This document shows positions 11,874-23,618 of a stretch of 64,000 nucleotides of DNA, piece after piece. Positions within the stretch are counted from its first letter, which is position 1. Each line of letters begins with the position of its first letter. The stretch lies in contig OX597831.1 in assembly GCA_951406725.2 (NCBI GenBank), positions 6,138,001 to 6,202,000 of the forward strand, read 5' to 3'. The notes beneath the pieces were generated by a model. The model did no database searches and was not told where the DNA came from. It saw only the letters and a program-made list of their open reading frames with translations. The DNA comes from Octopus vulgaris. Taxonomy: Eukaryota. A program made the position numbers and the translations under genes.

Positions 11874-14800
11874 TACACACACATATATATATATATATTT
11901 ACAAACAATATACAATGCTTCAAATGAATTATACTACTCTCCCATATATATATTTATACATATTTATATATGGATGATTATTTATTTGCAGAAGAGGAAA
12001 CAAGTAGGAAGAGCGTGAAAGGAAACTCTGTTGTAAGGAGTGCAGGTGTGGCGAAGTCACCAAAAGAGGCCCCTTCACAAGTGCAGCAGCAACATGCAGG
12101 ATCCACAACCAACACCTTGGACACACCTTCAATACCATTGCCATGTTTTAATGTCCCACCTCCAACTTTGTCCTTACCACCTCCACCACCACCACCATCA
12201 TCATCAACACATCTTCCACCACCTCCATCACTATCACCAATGTTGTCAATACTTCCACCACCACCATTAACCAATGACAGTTTGATCAATTCCTACAACA
12301 ACCCCCGTCCCTTGGCCCGTATGCCACTGTCTCTCCATTCTAAGACAGCTACGGCACCAGAGAAGCTGTGGCTGGAGCCTCCACCACAGTATTGTAGCTC
12401 TGCTCAAAGTAACAGCCACAAGTCTTCCAGTGCTGCCAGTTTTGCCAGAGTTCCTTCAGCTCAGGCTATTTTCCCACCGAACTTCGATGCTAGAATCCAT
12501 GTCAACACAGATTTGGTGAAATTACTTCCACGGCAAGCCAAAGTGAAGTTAATGTCGGATATAAAGAAACCTCAGGCTGAAGACAAACACCTGAAAAAAT
12601 CAACAGGTAAGTGGTTCAAGAGAATAGCTTTTCTTTCGTTAATTTGATTTTCAATATTTTTACTATGAACAAGGCAGTTAGCTGGTAGCATTGCTGAGCA
12701 AAATTCTTCGTGGCATTTTGTCCATCTTTATGTTCTGAGTTCAAATTCTGCTATGGTTGACTTTGCCTTTCATCCTTTTTGGAGGTTGATAAAACAAGCA
12801 CCAGTTGAGCACTGGGGTTGATGTAATCAACTTAGCCCCTCCCACTTCTCTGAAATTGCTGGCCTTGTGCTAAAGTTTGAAACTAAGGTGCTGAACTGGC
12901 AGAATCATTAGCACGCTGGGTGAAATGCTTAGTGGTATTCCGCCTGTCTTTGTGTTCTGAGGTCAACCTTGCCTTTCATCCTTTTAGGGGTTGATAAAAT
13001 TAGTACCAGTTGATCACTGTTATCGATGTGCCCCTTGGCTTATGCCTCCCCTAGATTTACTGGCTTTGTGCAAAAATTTGAAATCAATATTCTTACTGTG
13101 AAATGTGTAAGTTGGTACATTTGTTACAGTTGTGACCATTCCGTATTTTTCCTACAATTAAAGGAACCCAGAACCACATTATGAAATGTGCCTCTATCTA
13201 AATGCGTATGAGTTGTGAAGGAGTTGGGCTGCTATTTCTAGCAAGTCAAGCAACTGCATACAGACGCCCTCATTGGCTTATGTTAATCCTTTAGCACTCA
13301 AATTACCCTGTCAAATGTAATGCATATTTATTCATATTGTTTTTAATTAATCATGCTTACGGCCATATCACGTTGAAAGCACCAGTTCTCGTCTGATCAC
13401 TGAAGTTAAGCAACATTGAACCTAGTTAGTACTTAGATGGGTGACCGCTTGGGAAACCTAGGTGCTGTAAGCATTTAAAATAAAAAAAAAATTATAGGTG
13501 TAGGAGTGGCTGTGTGGTGAGTAGCTTGCTTACGAACCACAGGAAAAGGGTTAAACTCCTCACAAACAGATATTCATTACTGACTGGTCGTAGATATCTT
13601 TCTTGCTGTAAATCATGTCACATGACTACATGAAACTAACTAATTTTTCATTTCCATTCAGCCCCAAGTAACTCCACATCCGCCAGTAAAATTAGCAAGG
13701 ACAAACCTGACCTCGTTATTCGAGAGTTCAAACCCTCAACATGTCCCAAGTTTGTCCCTCGGCAAGCTGTCTCTCGCAAGACAAACAAGAAGCTCGTTGA
13801 GAAGGACAACCTAAACAAGGCCATTCGGTCGAGTGCTTTAATACTGGGCGATATTCAGGGACCTGACAGGCCACCCCATTTGACGCCTGTTAACAAGGAA
13901 ATTCAAAAGTCAATAGAAGATACGAGGAAGGAAATCCGAAAACGTGTTCTGCAGGTAAACCAACTTTTCCCGTTATTTATCTTCCTTGTCTTATAAACTG
14001 TTCAGCATGCATCAGTGATTCACTTGGGAGAAGGCATGAATGTCTCTACATCACTAAATATTTAAGATTTTATATAGGCGCAGGAATTGTTGTGTGGTAA
14101 GAAGCTTGCTTCCCAATCTCATGGTTCAGGGTTCAGTCCCACTGCGTAGTACCTTGGGCAACTGTCCTTTACTATAGCCTCAAGCCGGCCAAAGCCTTGA
14201 GTGGATTTGTTTGACGGAAACTGAAAGAAGCCTGTCTCGTATGTATTTATGTTCCAAACTTTTGGCCAAGTAATAATGAAGTGCAAATTAAATATAACTT
14301 TGGGCATTTAATATAAAAATTCTAAGTTTCAGACATATTATTTACATTTGACGGATATTTAATCATCATCATCATCATCGTTTAACGTCCGCTTTCGATG
14401 CTGGCATGGGTTGGACGGTTCGACCGGGGTCTGGGAAGCCAGGAGGCTGCACTAGGCTCCAGTCTGATCTAGCAGTATTTCTATAGTTGGATGCCCTTCC
14501 TAACACCAACCACTCCGAGAGTGTAGTGGGTGCTTTTTACGTGCCACTGGCATAGGGGCCAGAGGGGGCTGGCATCTACCATTATCGGATGATGCTTTTT
14601 ATGTGCCACCAGCATGGGAGCCAGTCAAGGTGGTGCTGGCATCGGCCACGTCCGGATGTTGCTTTTTACGTGCCACCAGCAGTAATAATAATAATAATAA
14701 TATTAATAACAACAACATTGAAAAATACCTTAAGAATGAGAATCCAGGTTCGAAATTTCTCCAAGACACCTGATGAAGGCTGGAAGATATATCAGCTGAA

Positions 14801-17800
14801 ACGTGTTAACAACAAACAAGATGAGGACAAATATCCAGTAAATGTAAATAATGTAAATAATGCAAAAAGTGTACATAATTCCTCATCTCTTAAATATAGA
14901 ACTGTATTTCAGACTTGTGTTTACAAACTTTTGGCCACAACTGTATATATGTATGAGGTGGGTACCGTAAAGTTCCTGGCTTTAAGGGTATTGTGAAAGG
15001 CCTGGTTGGAGGCCCAACCCCCTCCATGTTCTTTTCCAGAGCTTAGAAAAACTGAAGGACTGCTGCAATAAGTGTGTGAATCTGAGAGGGGGAATATGTT
15101 GGATAAAATCACAATTAACAGATCCTCCTGTATTCTCTTTTACTCAAAGCCAGGAACTTTTCAGCACCCCCTCGTATATATGTATGTGTGTGTATGTATG
15201 CATGCATGAATGAGTATGGCAAGTGTGTGTGTGTGACAGAATTTGTATTTCCCCTCATTTTTATGTACGTTTAATGGTTGTAAATAATGGCTTTGCTCAA
15301 GGTGTATCTTGACTCATCTTGTGTGATCCTTGTAAGCAAAAGACTCATTCAAATGGCATCATTTGTCACCAGTCTGTACCTCGCTTAGAACCATATTGTG
15401 GTTGGCATCAGGAAGGGCATTCGGCCATAGGAAGCTCTGTTGCAATGTACTTTCATCTGACCCACAGGCACAGAAAAATAGACATTAAAATGATGATGAT
15501 GACGACAATGGTGATGATGATTATGATGATGATGACTATAATGATGATGGTGGTGATGATGATGAAGAAGAGAATAATTATGACAGTGATGATAATGATG
15601 GTAATGATGATGATGATGATGATGATGATGAGTTTTATGTTGTTTATCTTGGGAGGGTCATCTTGCCAGCAAGAAACACACACTGAGAGAGACGGAACGA
15701 ATGCCACAAGGTATTCCATTTGACGCTCCACCAATTCTGTCGCTTCACTGCCTTACCACTAGTCATTAATTCCAAGGGTATCATTAAAAATGTTTTTACA
15801 ATCCTACAATAACAAACACACACACACAAATATACACATATCTATATATATGTACAATAACTGTGTGTATGTAGAAGGGTGATGGAATGTTTATGGAACA
15901 GCAAAACCTCTTCATACCACAATGCAGAGGGAGGGAAAGGAAATTCCATCCACTTCACAGACTATTTCAGTTATTTGGCACCTCACACTACCACCACAAC
16001 CACTAGTAACACCACCACCACCACTACTGCCATCACCACTACCACCATCACTGCCATCACAACCACCACCACTACTGCCATTACAACCACCAACACCACA
16101 ACCACCACCATCACTACCACCACAACCACTACTGCCATCGCAACCACCACCACTACTGCCATCACAACCACCAACACCACAACCACCACCATCACTACCA
16201 CCACCACTACTACTGCCAACACCACCACCACCAGCATAATCATTTCCTCCACCTACAACCACAACCAGTAATATCACTGCCACCACCACCCCTATTACTA
16301 CAACCACAACTCCAACCAGAGGGAGCCTATATGGGGTCGTTCAGTCTGCTAGAAATAGCAGCTGAATTTCCCTCAAATCAAAAACTTTCAACTTAAAAAG
16401 AAAGTGAGGGAGAGGAGGCAGTGGAAATGTCAGACAATGGAGCTATGGATTCCCTGCACAAAGGAAACCAAGATAGGATGGCCATGGCTGGAAGGTCTTT
16501 CATTATAGGTCAGCTCAGTCAATGTTTTCACCTGGGACTATCCAACAACAACAACTACCACTGGAACTATTCCTATACAAACACCACCACTAATAATTTC
16601 ATCGTCACCGCTGCTACTACTACCACCTATGCCACCACTAGTACTACTACCACTGCCACCATCACTACTACACCACTACTGCTACCACCACCACCACTAC
16701 TACTACCACCATCACCATCACTACTACCAACACCACTACTACCCTACTGCAACCTTTACCACAACTGTTGCAACCACCACTGACGTTACCATTACTGCTA
16801 CTACTACCACCACCACCACAACAACAACCACTCCATTTACCACAACTACCACTGCTTTTACCACCACCACCACCATCATCCCAAACAACTGACCCTCACT
16901 CTAAAGACCAACACCACAATCACCCCTACCAAACCTTTGGACATAGGGTCAAAGGTAAAGAACCCCTTTGTTATGAATGCCTATGGGATTGCACTTAGTT
17001 CCTCTCCAAGGTACAAGTCCAGCTAATGTTGTTTATAAACTGTTGTGCGTTGTACCTCATACAACACACCCACACTACTGCGCTGTACCCAGAGTGTAAT
17101 GTGTGCTTTTATGTGCCATTTGTATGACACCGGTATCTCATCATGGCTGTGATTTTGCTTGGCTTGATGCGTTTTCTTCTCAAGCACAGCATAATGCCAA
17201 AGGTCTTAGTCATTGCCTCCGTGAGGCCCAACACTTGAAAGGAGCTTGGCCACTTTGCTTCCATGAGGCCCAATGCTCAAAAGGAACTCAGCCAACTTGC
17301 CTCTATGAGACCCGTTCGAAAGAAACTCAGCCACCTTGCCTCTGTGAGGCCCCACATTCGAAAGGCCCGTTCAAAAGAAACCCAGCCACCATGCCTCTGT
17401 GAGGCCCCACATTCGAAAGGAACTTGGCCACTTTGCCTCCACGAAGCCCAACACTTGAAAGGAACTCAGCTGCCTTGCCTCCATGAGGCCCAATGCTCAA
17501 AAGGAGCTCAGTCACTTTGCCTCTATCAGGCCCAGTGTTTGAAAAGTACTCGGCCACTTTGCCTCTGTGAGGCCTGATGTTCAAAGGTTGAGTTTTTTTT
17601 TTTGTTACGTGCCACCAGCACGGGTGCACTTGGCTTGATAGGTCCTCTTCAGCAGAATACATCGCCAATGGTCTCGGCCACTAGTCATTGCTTCAGTGAG
17701 GTTCAAAGTTCAAAGGTCATGCTTTACCGCCTCATCCCATGTCTTCTTGGGTCTACCTCTACCACAGGTTCTCTCCTCTTTTAATAATCTGTCCAACATT

Positions 17801-17865
17801 ATCTTTTGCAGTTCTCTGATTCAAAACTGACAGTGGTTGCTCCCAAATCTCCAAAAACCAGCTGA
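4422..17865 (+). CDS. RBM48: RNA-binding protein 48 (RRM protein, U12/minor spliceosome component); join(4422..4511,6089..6279,9736..9881,11992..12606,13662..13954,17812..17865), 462 aa
   Basis: Spliced translation MEAVPAHHVKHQLCASRPLYREGREQRAVK-AYTVSSESKYLMIYGVP...EDFTEVFLLKYKHIQSAR-YAKRKMDDLSFFGGFLHVCYGPEHETVAETRQKLQDRR matches recalled RBM48 motifs (HH..C..R..YREGR..RAVK.YT...ES.YL.I.GVP; EDFTEV; AKRKMD..SFFGG.LHVCY.PE.ETV.ETR.KLQ.R). All introns are GT-AG with compatible phases; total 1389 nt = 463 codons. Confidence 0.93.
6089..6279 (+). CDS. RBM48: RBM48 coding exon 2 (RRM N-terminal part)
   Basis: Acceptor ttcctaaAG ending 6088; AYTVSSESKYLMIYGVP...HIQSAR; donor GTGAGA at 6280, phase 2. 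Confidence 0.93.
7789..8102 (+). mobile_element. SINE family B (tRNA-derived head). Other copies at about 10130-10380(+), 33955-34304(-), 36790-37171(-), 52820-53177(-), 57755-58115(-)
   Basis: GGAGGCGCAATGGCCCAGTGGTTAGGGCAGCGGACTC (A box) ... GGTTTCGATTCCC (B box); (TAAA)n tail. Confidence 0.88.
9736..9881 (+). CDS. RBM48: RBM48 coding exon 3 (RRM C-terminal part)
   Basis: Acceptor tatctttcAG ending 9735; YAKRKMDDLSFFGGFLHVCYGPEHETVAETRQKLQDRRRIIALKTKKS; donor GTGAGT at 9882, phase 1. Confidence 0.94.
11992..12606 (+). CDS. RBM48: RBM48 coding exon 4 (Pro/Ser-rich low-complexity region)
   Basis: Acceptor tatttgcAG ending 11991; open 615 nt in the frame required by exon 3; donor GTAAGT at 12607, phase 1. 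Confidence 0.82.
13355..13474 (+). rRNA. 5S rRNA: 5S rRNA copy (full length; probably a dispersed pseudogene) in RBM48 intron 4
   Basis: GCTTACGGCCATATCACGTTGAAAGCACCAGTTCTCGTCTGATCACTGAAGTTAAGC...GTTAGTACTTAGATGGGTGACCGCTTGGGAA...GGTGCTGTAAGCA: about 120 nt, terminal helix GCTTAC/GTAAGC, box A (AGTTAAGC) and box C (GATGGGTGACC) present. Confidence 0.95.
13662..13954 (+). CDS. RBM48: RBM48 coding exon 5 (not in ORF track)
   Basis: Acceptor ttccattcAG ending 13661; open frame APSNSTS...PKFVPRQ...IQGP...KSIEDTRKEIRKRVLQ resembling the RBM48 C-terminal F.PR, GP and IR.KL elements; donor GTAAAC at 13955, phase 0. Confidence 0.85.
14952..15176. mobile_element. Tc1/mariner-type MITE
   Basis: Imperfect TIRs TATGAGGTGGGTACCGTAAAGTTCCTGGCTTT and AAAGCCAGGAACTTTTCAGCACCCCCTCGTA; TA at both ends. 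Confidence 0.75.
15490..16880. repeat. Trinucleotide low-complexity tracts: (GAT)n 15490-15630, (ACC/ACT)n 15985-16315 and 16570-16880
   Basis: Directly visible; produce spurious poly-T/P/V/G/M ORFs within RBM48 intron 5. Confidence 0.9.
17213..17590. repeat. 42-bp minisatellite, about 9 copies
   Basis: Unit ttgcctccgtgaggcccaacacttgaaaggagcttggccact; GAGGCCC recurs at 42-bp spacing (17223, 17265). Confidence 0.85.
17625..17772 (-). mobile_element. RTE-type LINE 3' end fragment
   Basis: Minus-strand translation TCGRGRPKKTWDEAVKHDL*TLNLTEAMTSGRDHWR matches the RTE C-terminal GRP..TW / DR..WR pattern. Confidence 0.7.
17812..17865 (+). CDS. RBM48: RBM48 last coding exon
   Basis: Acceptor atcttttgcAG ending 17811; FSDSKLTVVAPKSPKTS then TGA; a unique-sequence island among repeats, followed by a strong donor CAG/GTGAGT at 17900. 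Confidence 0.68.
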   Translation, partial: FSDSKLTVVAPKSPKTS

Positions 17866-18159
17866 AGATGGAGACTGCTTTGCTGCAAGTGAATTTCAGG
17901 TGAGTTTTTGCAAGATATTGGTTTGTGGGACCAGGTTTTGTTATAACCAGAAAGGAATCGAGTGAGTTTGAACTGTGTCTTCTGTGCAGAGCTCTATGAT
18001 TATTATTGGTCTACTTGATGGGGGTTGATTAAGGATTGTAAAAACCAGACCAAATGCAGTGTTATAGGCAGAACAGGAACCACTGACCCCTTGGCTGGAT
18101 GCCTTATGCCCTCTACATTAGGCCTCAAAAAAACAAAACATGGTACTAGACTTCTGATG

Positions 18160-18490
18160 ATTTATTTTCCAACATAGTCCCCCCTCGATGGCTGAACACT
18201 TTCTCCAGCAGTGCTAAAGCGCCATTATCCCAGCTTAGAAGAATTCTTTTGTTTGAGACTCCAAGAAACTTCCTACAGCGTCTATGACGTCATTGTCACT
18301 GGCAAAATGGCGACCAGCCAGGGCTTTTTTCATTTTGGGGAACAGATGAAAGTCAGAGGGGTCTAAGTCTGGCGAATAAGGTGGATGGGGAACAAGTTCG
18401 TATCCACAATCACGAATTGTTGCCATGGCAACCACTGAGGTGTGGGCTGGAGTATTGTCATAATGAAAAAGGACTCCTCTGGCGAGCATT
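18160..18490 (-). pseudogene. Mariner (DD34D) transposase C-terminal fragment
   Basis: LFHYDNTPAH...HPPYSPDLDPSDFHLFPKMKKALAGRHF...; after a disruption, ...WRKC...GDYVGK. Matches the mariner HDNA and YSPDLAPSDF motifs. Confidence 0.9.
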
Positions 18491-18924
18491 CCCAGGTTTG
18501 TTGCATTCGTTGAAGCAAGATTGGATGTCATGTTATGTTGGACATTTGTAGAATAACCAAGCCTGCTAGTGTTAAGTGATTGACAAATTATCTTGTGGAA
18601 ATATCATGTGTATGGGGTTTTTTTATCCTTTCACTGCAAATTTAAATTTCATGGTTATTCCAGTAAGGATCTTAAATATCTACCAAAAAAAAACAGAATT
18701 TGGTATTTTCTGCAAGTCATGCTGCCTCAATAAACTTGACATATTTCAGTAGAAAATAGTTTCAAAAGTGACATTCCTCTACAAAAGATAGACTGACATA
18801 TAAAACTACTTTCTACAGTTAAGGGTAATTAAATTTTGAGTAGGTACGTCCCTACCTTTTGTTGTAAAAAGGCTAAAACAGCTTGCCATCACCATCACTA
18901 TCATCATCATCATCATCATTGTTG

Positions 18925-19330
18925 AACAGGAATTGTGCCAAATTTTGGCATTGAAAGCTACACCAATGCCAGAACGGGATGACACTGCATAGTTCCAAAG
19001 ATCCCAGCAACGCCATCGCGCTTCAGGACCAGTTACTGCAACAGCCTGGGTTTCAGGGGCCCACAGCTTTTTAATATTCTCCCAAAGAGCCTGAGAAACC
19101 TGCACAAAGTAGATGTAGGGGTTTTTAAATCAAAGCTGGACCTCTTCCTGTTGAGAGTCCCAGATGAACCTATCTCACGGCAAGAGGTGCAAAAGGGGGG
19201 TAGCTATATCAAACTCCATTCTTCACCAAGTGCCACATATTAGAGGAGGCTCTTAGTAATAACAGTGTAGCACAAAACGGCGGTGCATCAGCATGGCTGC
19301 AGCTCTGAGCTGAAACTAGAGAGAGAAGAA
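18925..19330 (+). mobile_element. CR1/L2-group LINE 3' end fragment
   Basis: Translates GIVPNFGI...SLGFRGPQLFNILPKSLRNL...VFKSKLDLFLLRVPDEP (the G..LFN.LP...R...FK..LD pattern). Confidence 0.7.
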
Positions 19331-20203
19331 AAAAGATCCCTTTTTCCATGCTTGTATGGGTTGGACAGTCCATCAGGAATGACATCCCAGAGGTCTGTGC
19401 CAAGCTCCAATGTCTGCTTTGGCATGATTTCTGTAGCTGGATGCCTCTCCGCCACTCCTAATGCCAACCTATTGCTTTACTACCCACAAGGGGCTAAACA
19501 CAGAGGACAAACAAGGACAGACAAACGGATTAAGCCAATTACATCGACCCCAGCGCGTAACTGGTACTTATTTAATCGACCCCGAAAGGATGAAAGGCAA
19601 AGTTGACCTCGGCAAAATTTGAACTCAGAACGTTACGGCAGACGAAATACGGCTACGCATTTCGCCCGACGTGCTAACATTTCTGCCAGCTCGCCGCTTA
19701 ACGGAGTGTACTGGATACTGTTTTCATGGTATTGACACTAGTGAGGTCATTGAGTAACTCACAAAACAAGACCCCACTTAACTGTGTTCATGTAGTATTG
19801 AATGAGGTGAAAGTATGATAGAGGGATAGGAACAAGTGCCTTGCTGCAAAGGAGAATACATGCAATCATAATTGTTTATTATTTGGATTCAGTTGTGTGT
19901 GTGTGTGTAAAGATGCTGTATGTCAGTAAGACAGGTACTTCTATAATTATGTTAGCTCTCTAAGGTGGGTGGCCTGACAGAATTGTAGCATGTTGGACAA
20001 AATTCTGTCGAGGTTGACATTGCCTTTCAGCCTTTCAGGGGCAATAAAATAAGTACCAGTTAAGATCTGGGGGCTGATGTAATCAGTTTGTCCCCTTCCC
20101 ATCAAATTTACTGGACTTATATTAAACATTAGAAAGAATAAATGTGAATTGAAAAATTTTTTATTTCTAAATCTCTGAACAAGAAACAGTCAATAACAGT
20201 TTT

Positions 20204-20393
20204 CTAAAGTAAAGATTATTTGCCAACATAATGTGGCAGTCCTGATTAGGACGAATGTTACTGTTATTTAGCCCCAGGAAACATCGTCTCCAGCTGGCTA
20301 TCGATGCACTATTTGCATCCTTGTATTTTCGAACAGTAACATTCTTCCTAACCAGGGCTGCCACATTATGTTGGCAAATAATCTTTACTCTGG
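20204..20393. mobile_element. MITE with about 60-bp terminal inverted repeats
   Basis: gtaaagattatttgccaacataatgtggcagtcctgattaggacgaatgttactgtt versus aacagtaacattcttcctaaccagggctgccacattatgttggcaaataatctttac. Confidence 0.8.
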
Positions 20394-22536
20394 AATAAAT
20401 ATATTTGTTCTGATAATGAAGTTTTTTCATCTATCAATAATGGAGTTGTTTTAACTTTTTCAGCTAATTGTAACATGTGAGCAGTTTCCCAGCCAGAAAC
20501 TTTCAACTGGACCCCAGAATAAACCTGAAGGTTTGTCTATGTGAAAGAAGAGAACCCTTTTGAAAGTGCAGCATCAGCCCCTAACCAGATTACAGGAGCC
20601 TTGTAAAAGGTGCAAATTACAACATTTCTGTTGTTGGGGGATTTCTGCATCTTTTGTGAAGGGCATCATTGAAGAACATCCTTGTAGGGGTTCTGCATTT
20701 CTTTGAAGTGTACAGTATTCTTTGTGAGGGTCCTGCTCCTTATAGTGGGAGTGGTGGTGTGTAAATTGGTTGAGCATCAGATAAAATGCCTTGTGTTATT
20801 TGTTCCAGCTCTCTGTGCTCTGAGTTCAAATCCTGCCAAGGTACCTTTACCTTTGATCCACTTAGGGGTGGCAGTAGAGGGTATGGGGTGGGGGTCAATA
20901 AATAAAGAACCAGTCCTGCACTGGGGGTCAATTTTTCTTCTGGTTCTTTCTTTCTTTCTCTCTCTTTTTTTTTTTTTTTTTACCATTTCCTTCCTGGAAT
21001 AACTTTGACCACTGCTGTATTTCTCATCAGAGCATCTCTGGCTCCATCAGGATTTGTGAACCCAAGATGAGGCAAGTCGAGCTCTTTGTGAGAAAAAATA
21101 CAGAATTTTAGATTGTTTCCTTCTAAACCTGCTGTCTGGTTTAACACCACTGCCACTATCATCATCATCATCACCATTACCAGCATCACTACCACTATGA
21201 TTATCACCTCTACCACCACCATCACGTTCTCCATCTTGTCCTTGGGTACCTTCATTAGGGAGAACTCTGTCACAAGAATGCTGACAACACTCCCAAGTTT
21301 CCATCCCACCCATGCATTTCTTGCAGATGTTTAGGCTGCGAATTGGTACCGAGTAGATTCGTCTACTACTTTTAGTGCAGTCATAGCTATGTGGTGAAGT
21401 TTTCTGTGCAACACTGTGGTTCTGGGTTCACTCCCAATATGTAGAACTTCCAGCAATTTGCTCGACTAAAGGCAGTGCTCCAGTATGGCCACACTGAAAT
21501 GACTGAAACAAGTAAAAGAGAGGAAAAGGGTAAATAGTGACAAAAGTACGTTAACTATATAAATATCTTTTAGAGTTACTTCCCTTGCATCATATAATAA
21601 GGCCGTGACACTTTAAAACTTAAGTAATAGACGTGTTCATTATTTGCTTGCGCTTTAACAAATGAGCATTGACTAGCTTATAATTTACGTTTAATTACAC
21701 CCCACAACTATATAAAGTAATGACATTATCTAGTTCTACCCTTTGAACTGAATCAGTTTTGTTTTAGATAGTATATATGCGTGTGTGGGTATACAAACGT
21801 ATATATATATATGTATGTATATATTTATATATGTATATAAAATTAAATACAAAATGGGACAAGAACGCAAAACATCCGGACAACTAGGTGATACAGAAAC
21901 CAAAAAAACAAGGACGGGTCGTTTGAAGCCTTTTATCTTCAGTCAAGAACCAGATCATCCTCGCAATTTCAGCTGTTTAATCTTGAGATTACTCGAATCT
22001 GGCCAACCCAAAGGAAAACCTAAGCTAAGAGCATTAGATTCCTTGGAAAAAAGCATCGAATGTATATGAAACAAGGACGGAAAAACAGACGATTTTACAC
22101 GAATATAAATACAAAAATATATATATAAAGTTAATCGAAACATGAAAACAAAGATAAAACAACAACGCGAGGACGTGGAACAAATATAGTGTTATTGGAC
22201 GCTCAGGAAAAGAAAGAAAGAAGGACATATATGTATGTATGTCTCTTTCTTTCCTTTTATTATTAAAATAAAATAAAATTATTCAATTAAATAATTATTA
22301 ATTATTTATTAAATTAATTAAATACATTCAGTTAAATAAATAAATCAAAATAGATTCCCATATGTAGTCATTATCATAAGTGCATGGAGATATGTCATAA
22401 CAGAATTGTGTGAAAGCCTAGAAATGCTGGGACGTTCCCAGAAAGAAGAGGCAAACTAACTCGCATCTTCTAAATCCAGCTGAACAATGATACAATGATA
22501 AAATCGCCTTCAATGGACATATATACGCAGCCATAA

Positions 22537-22767
22537 GGCGGCGAGCTTGTAGAGTCGTTAGCACGCCAGGCGAAATGCATAGCCGTATTTCGTCTGCAGT
22601 TACGTTCTGAGTTCAAATTCCGCCGAGGTCGATTTTGCCTTTCATCCTTTCAGGGTCAATAAATTAAGTACCAGTTACGCACTGCGGTCGATGTAATCGA
22701 CTTAATGCCTATGTCTGTCCTTGTTTGTCTCCTCTCTGTGTTTAGCCCCTCGTGGGTAGTAAAGAAA
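22537..22767 (+). mobile_element. SINE family A copy with target-site duplication
   Basis: Same consensus as 32831; flanks atatacgcagcca / atatacacagcca. Confidence 0.85.
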
Positions 22768-23488
22768 AATATACACAGCCACCTTACATGTGCAGTTACT
22801 ATGCACACATATATGCATGTGGTATGGACACGCAAAAAATAATCACTCGTATTCTGTTACTAAAGAAACACGAATTACCCATTAAATGAATGCAAATATC
22901 TTTGTATATATGTCAAAATATATAAGTGTAAACATCTGCATATAAGCACACATTAACTCGCTTACACACTCCCAGATCTCAGGAACTCTTTCACTTGAAC
23001 AGTGAAGCATTGTCACTTTGTTATTGTGACTTGCTTCAAATCTGTGATGAACATGCATACATACATACATAATACGTGGATGCGCGTGTGTGTGTGTATA
23101 TATATGTAAATGTATCATCATCATCGTTTAACGTCCGTTGTCCATGCTAGCATGGGTTGGATGGTTCAACTAGGGCTGGGAAGCCAGGAGGCTGCACCAG
23201 GCTCCAGTCTGATCTGGCAGTGTTTCTACAGCTGGATGCCCTTCCTAACGCCAACCACTCCATGAGTGTAGTGGGTGCTTTTTACGTGCAACTGGCACAG
23301 GTGCCAGGGGAGGCTGGCAACGGCCACGATCGACTGGTGCTTTTTATGTGCCACTGGCACGGAAGCCAGTCAAGGTGGCGCTGGCATCGACCAAGTACAG
23401 ATGGTGCTTTTTACATGCCACCAGCACAGGTGTCAGCAGAGGCTGGCAACAGTCACGATCGGTTGGTGGTTTTTACGAACCATGTATG

Positions 23489-23538
<50 letters not shown>

Positions 23539-23618
23539 GAGAGAGAGAGAAAGAAAGAAAGAGAGAAAATTAAATAGGAATATACAATTGACAATCCAAT
23601 AATTTATTTATATTATAA

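Noticed and set aside
15319-16998. Mucin-like poly-Thr, poly-Pro, poly-Met and poly-Val ORFs
   Set aside because: Trinucleotide repeats open in several frames on both strands within RBM48 intron 5; no phase-compatible exon is needed.
17213-17590. Regularly spaced repeats resembling a CRISPR array
   Set aside because: Eukaryotic context, units are contiguous without unique spacers, and no cas genes; it is a minisatellite.
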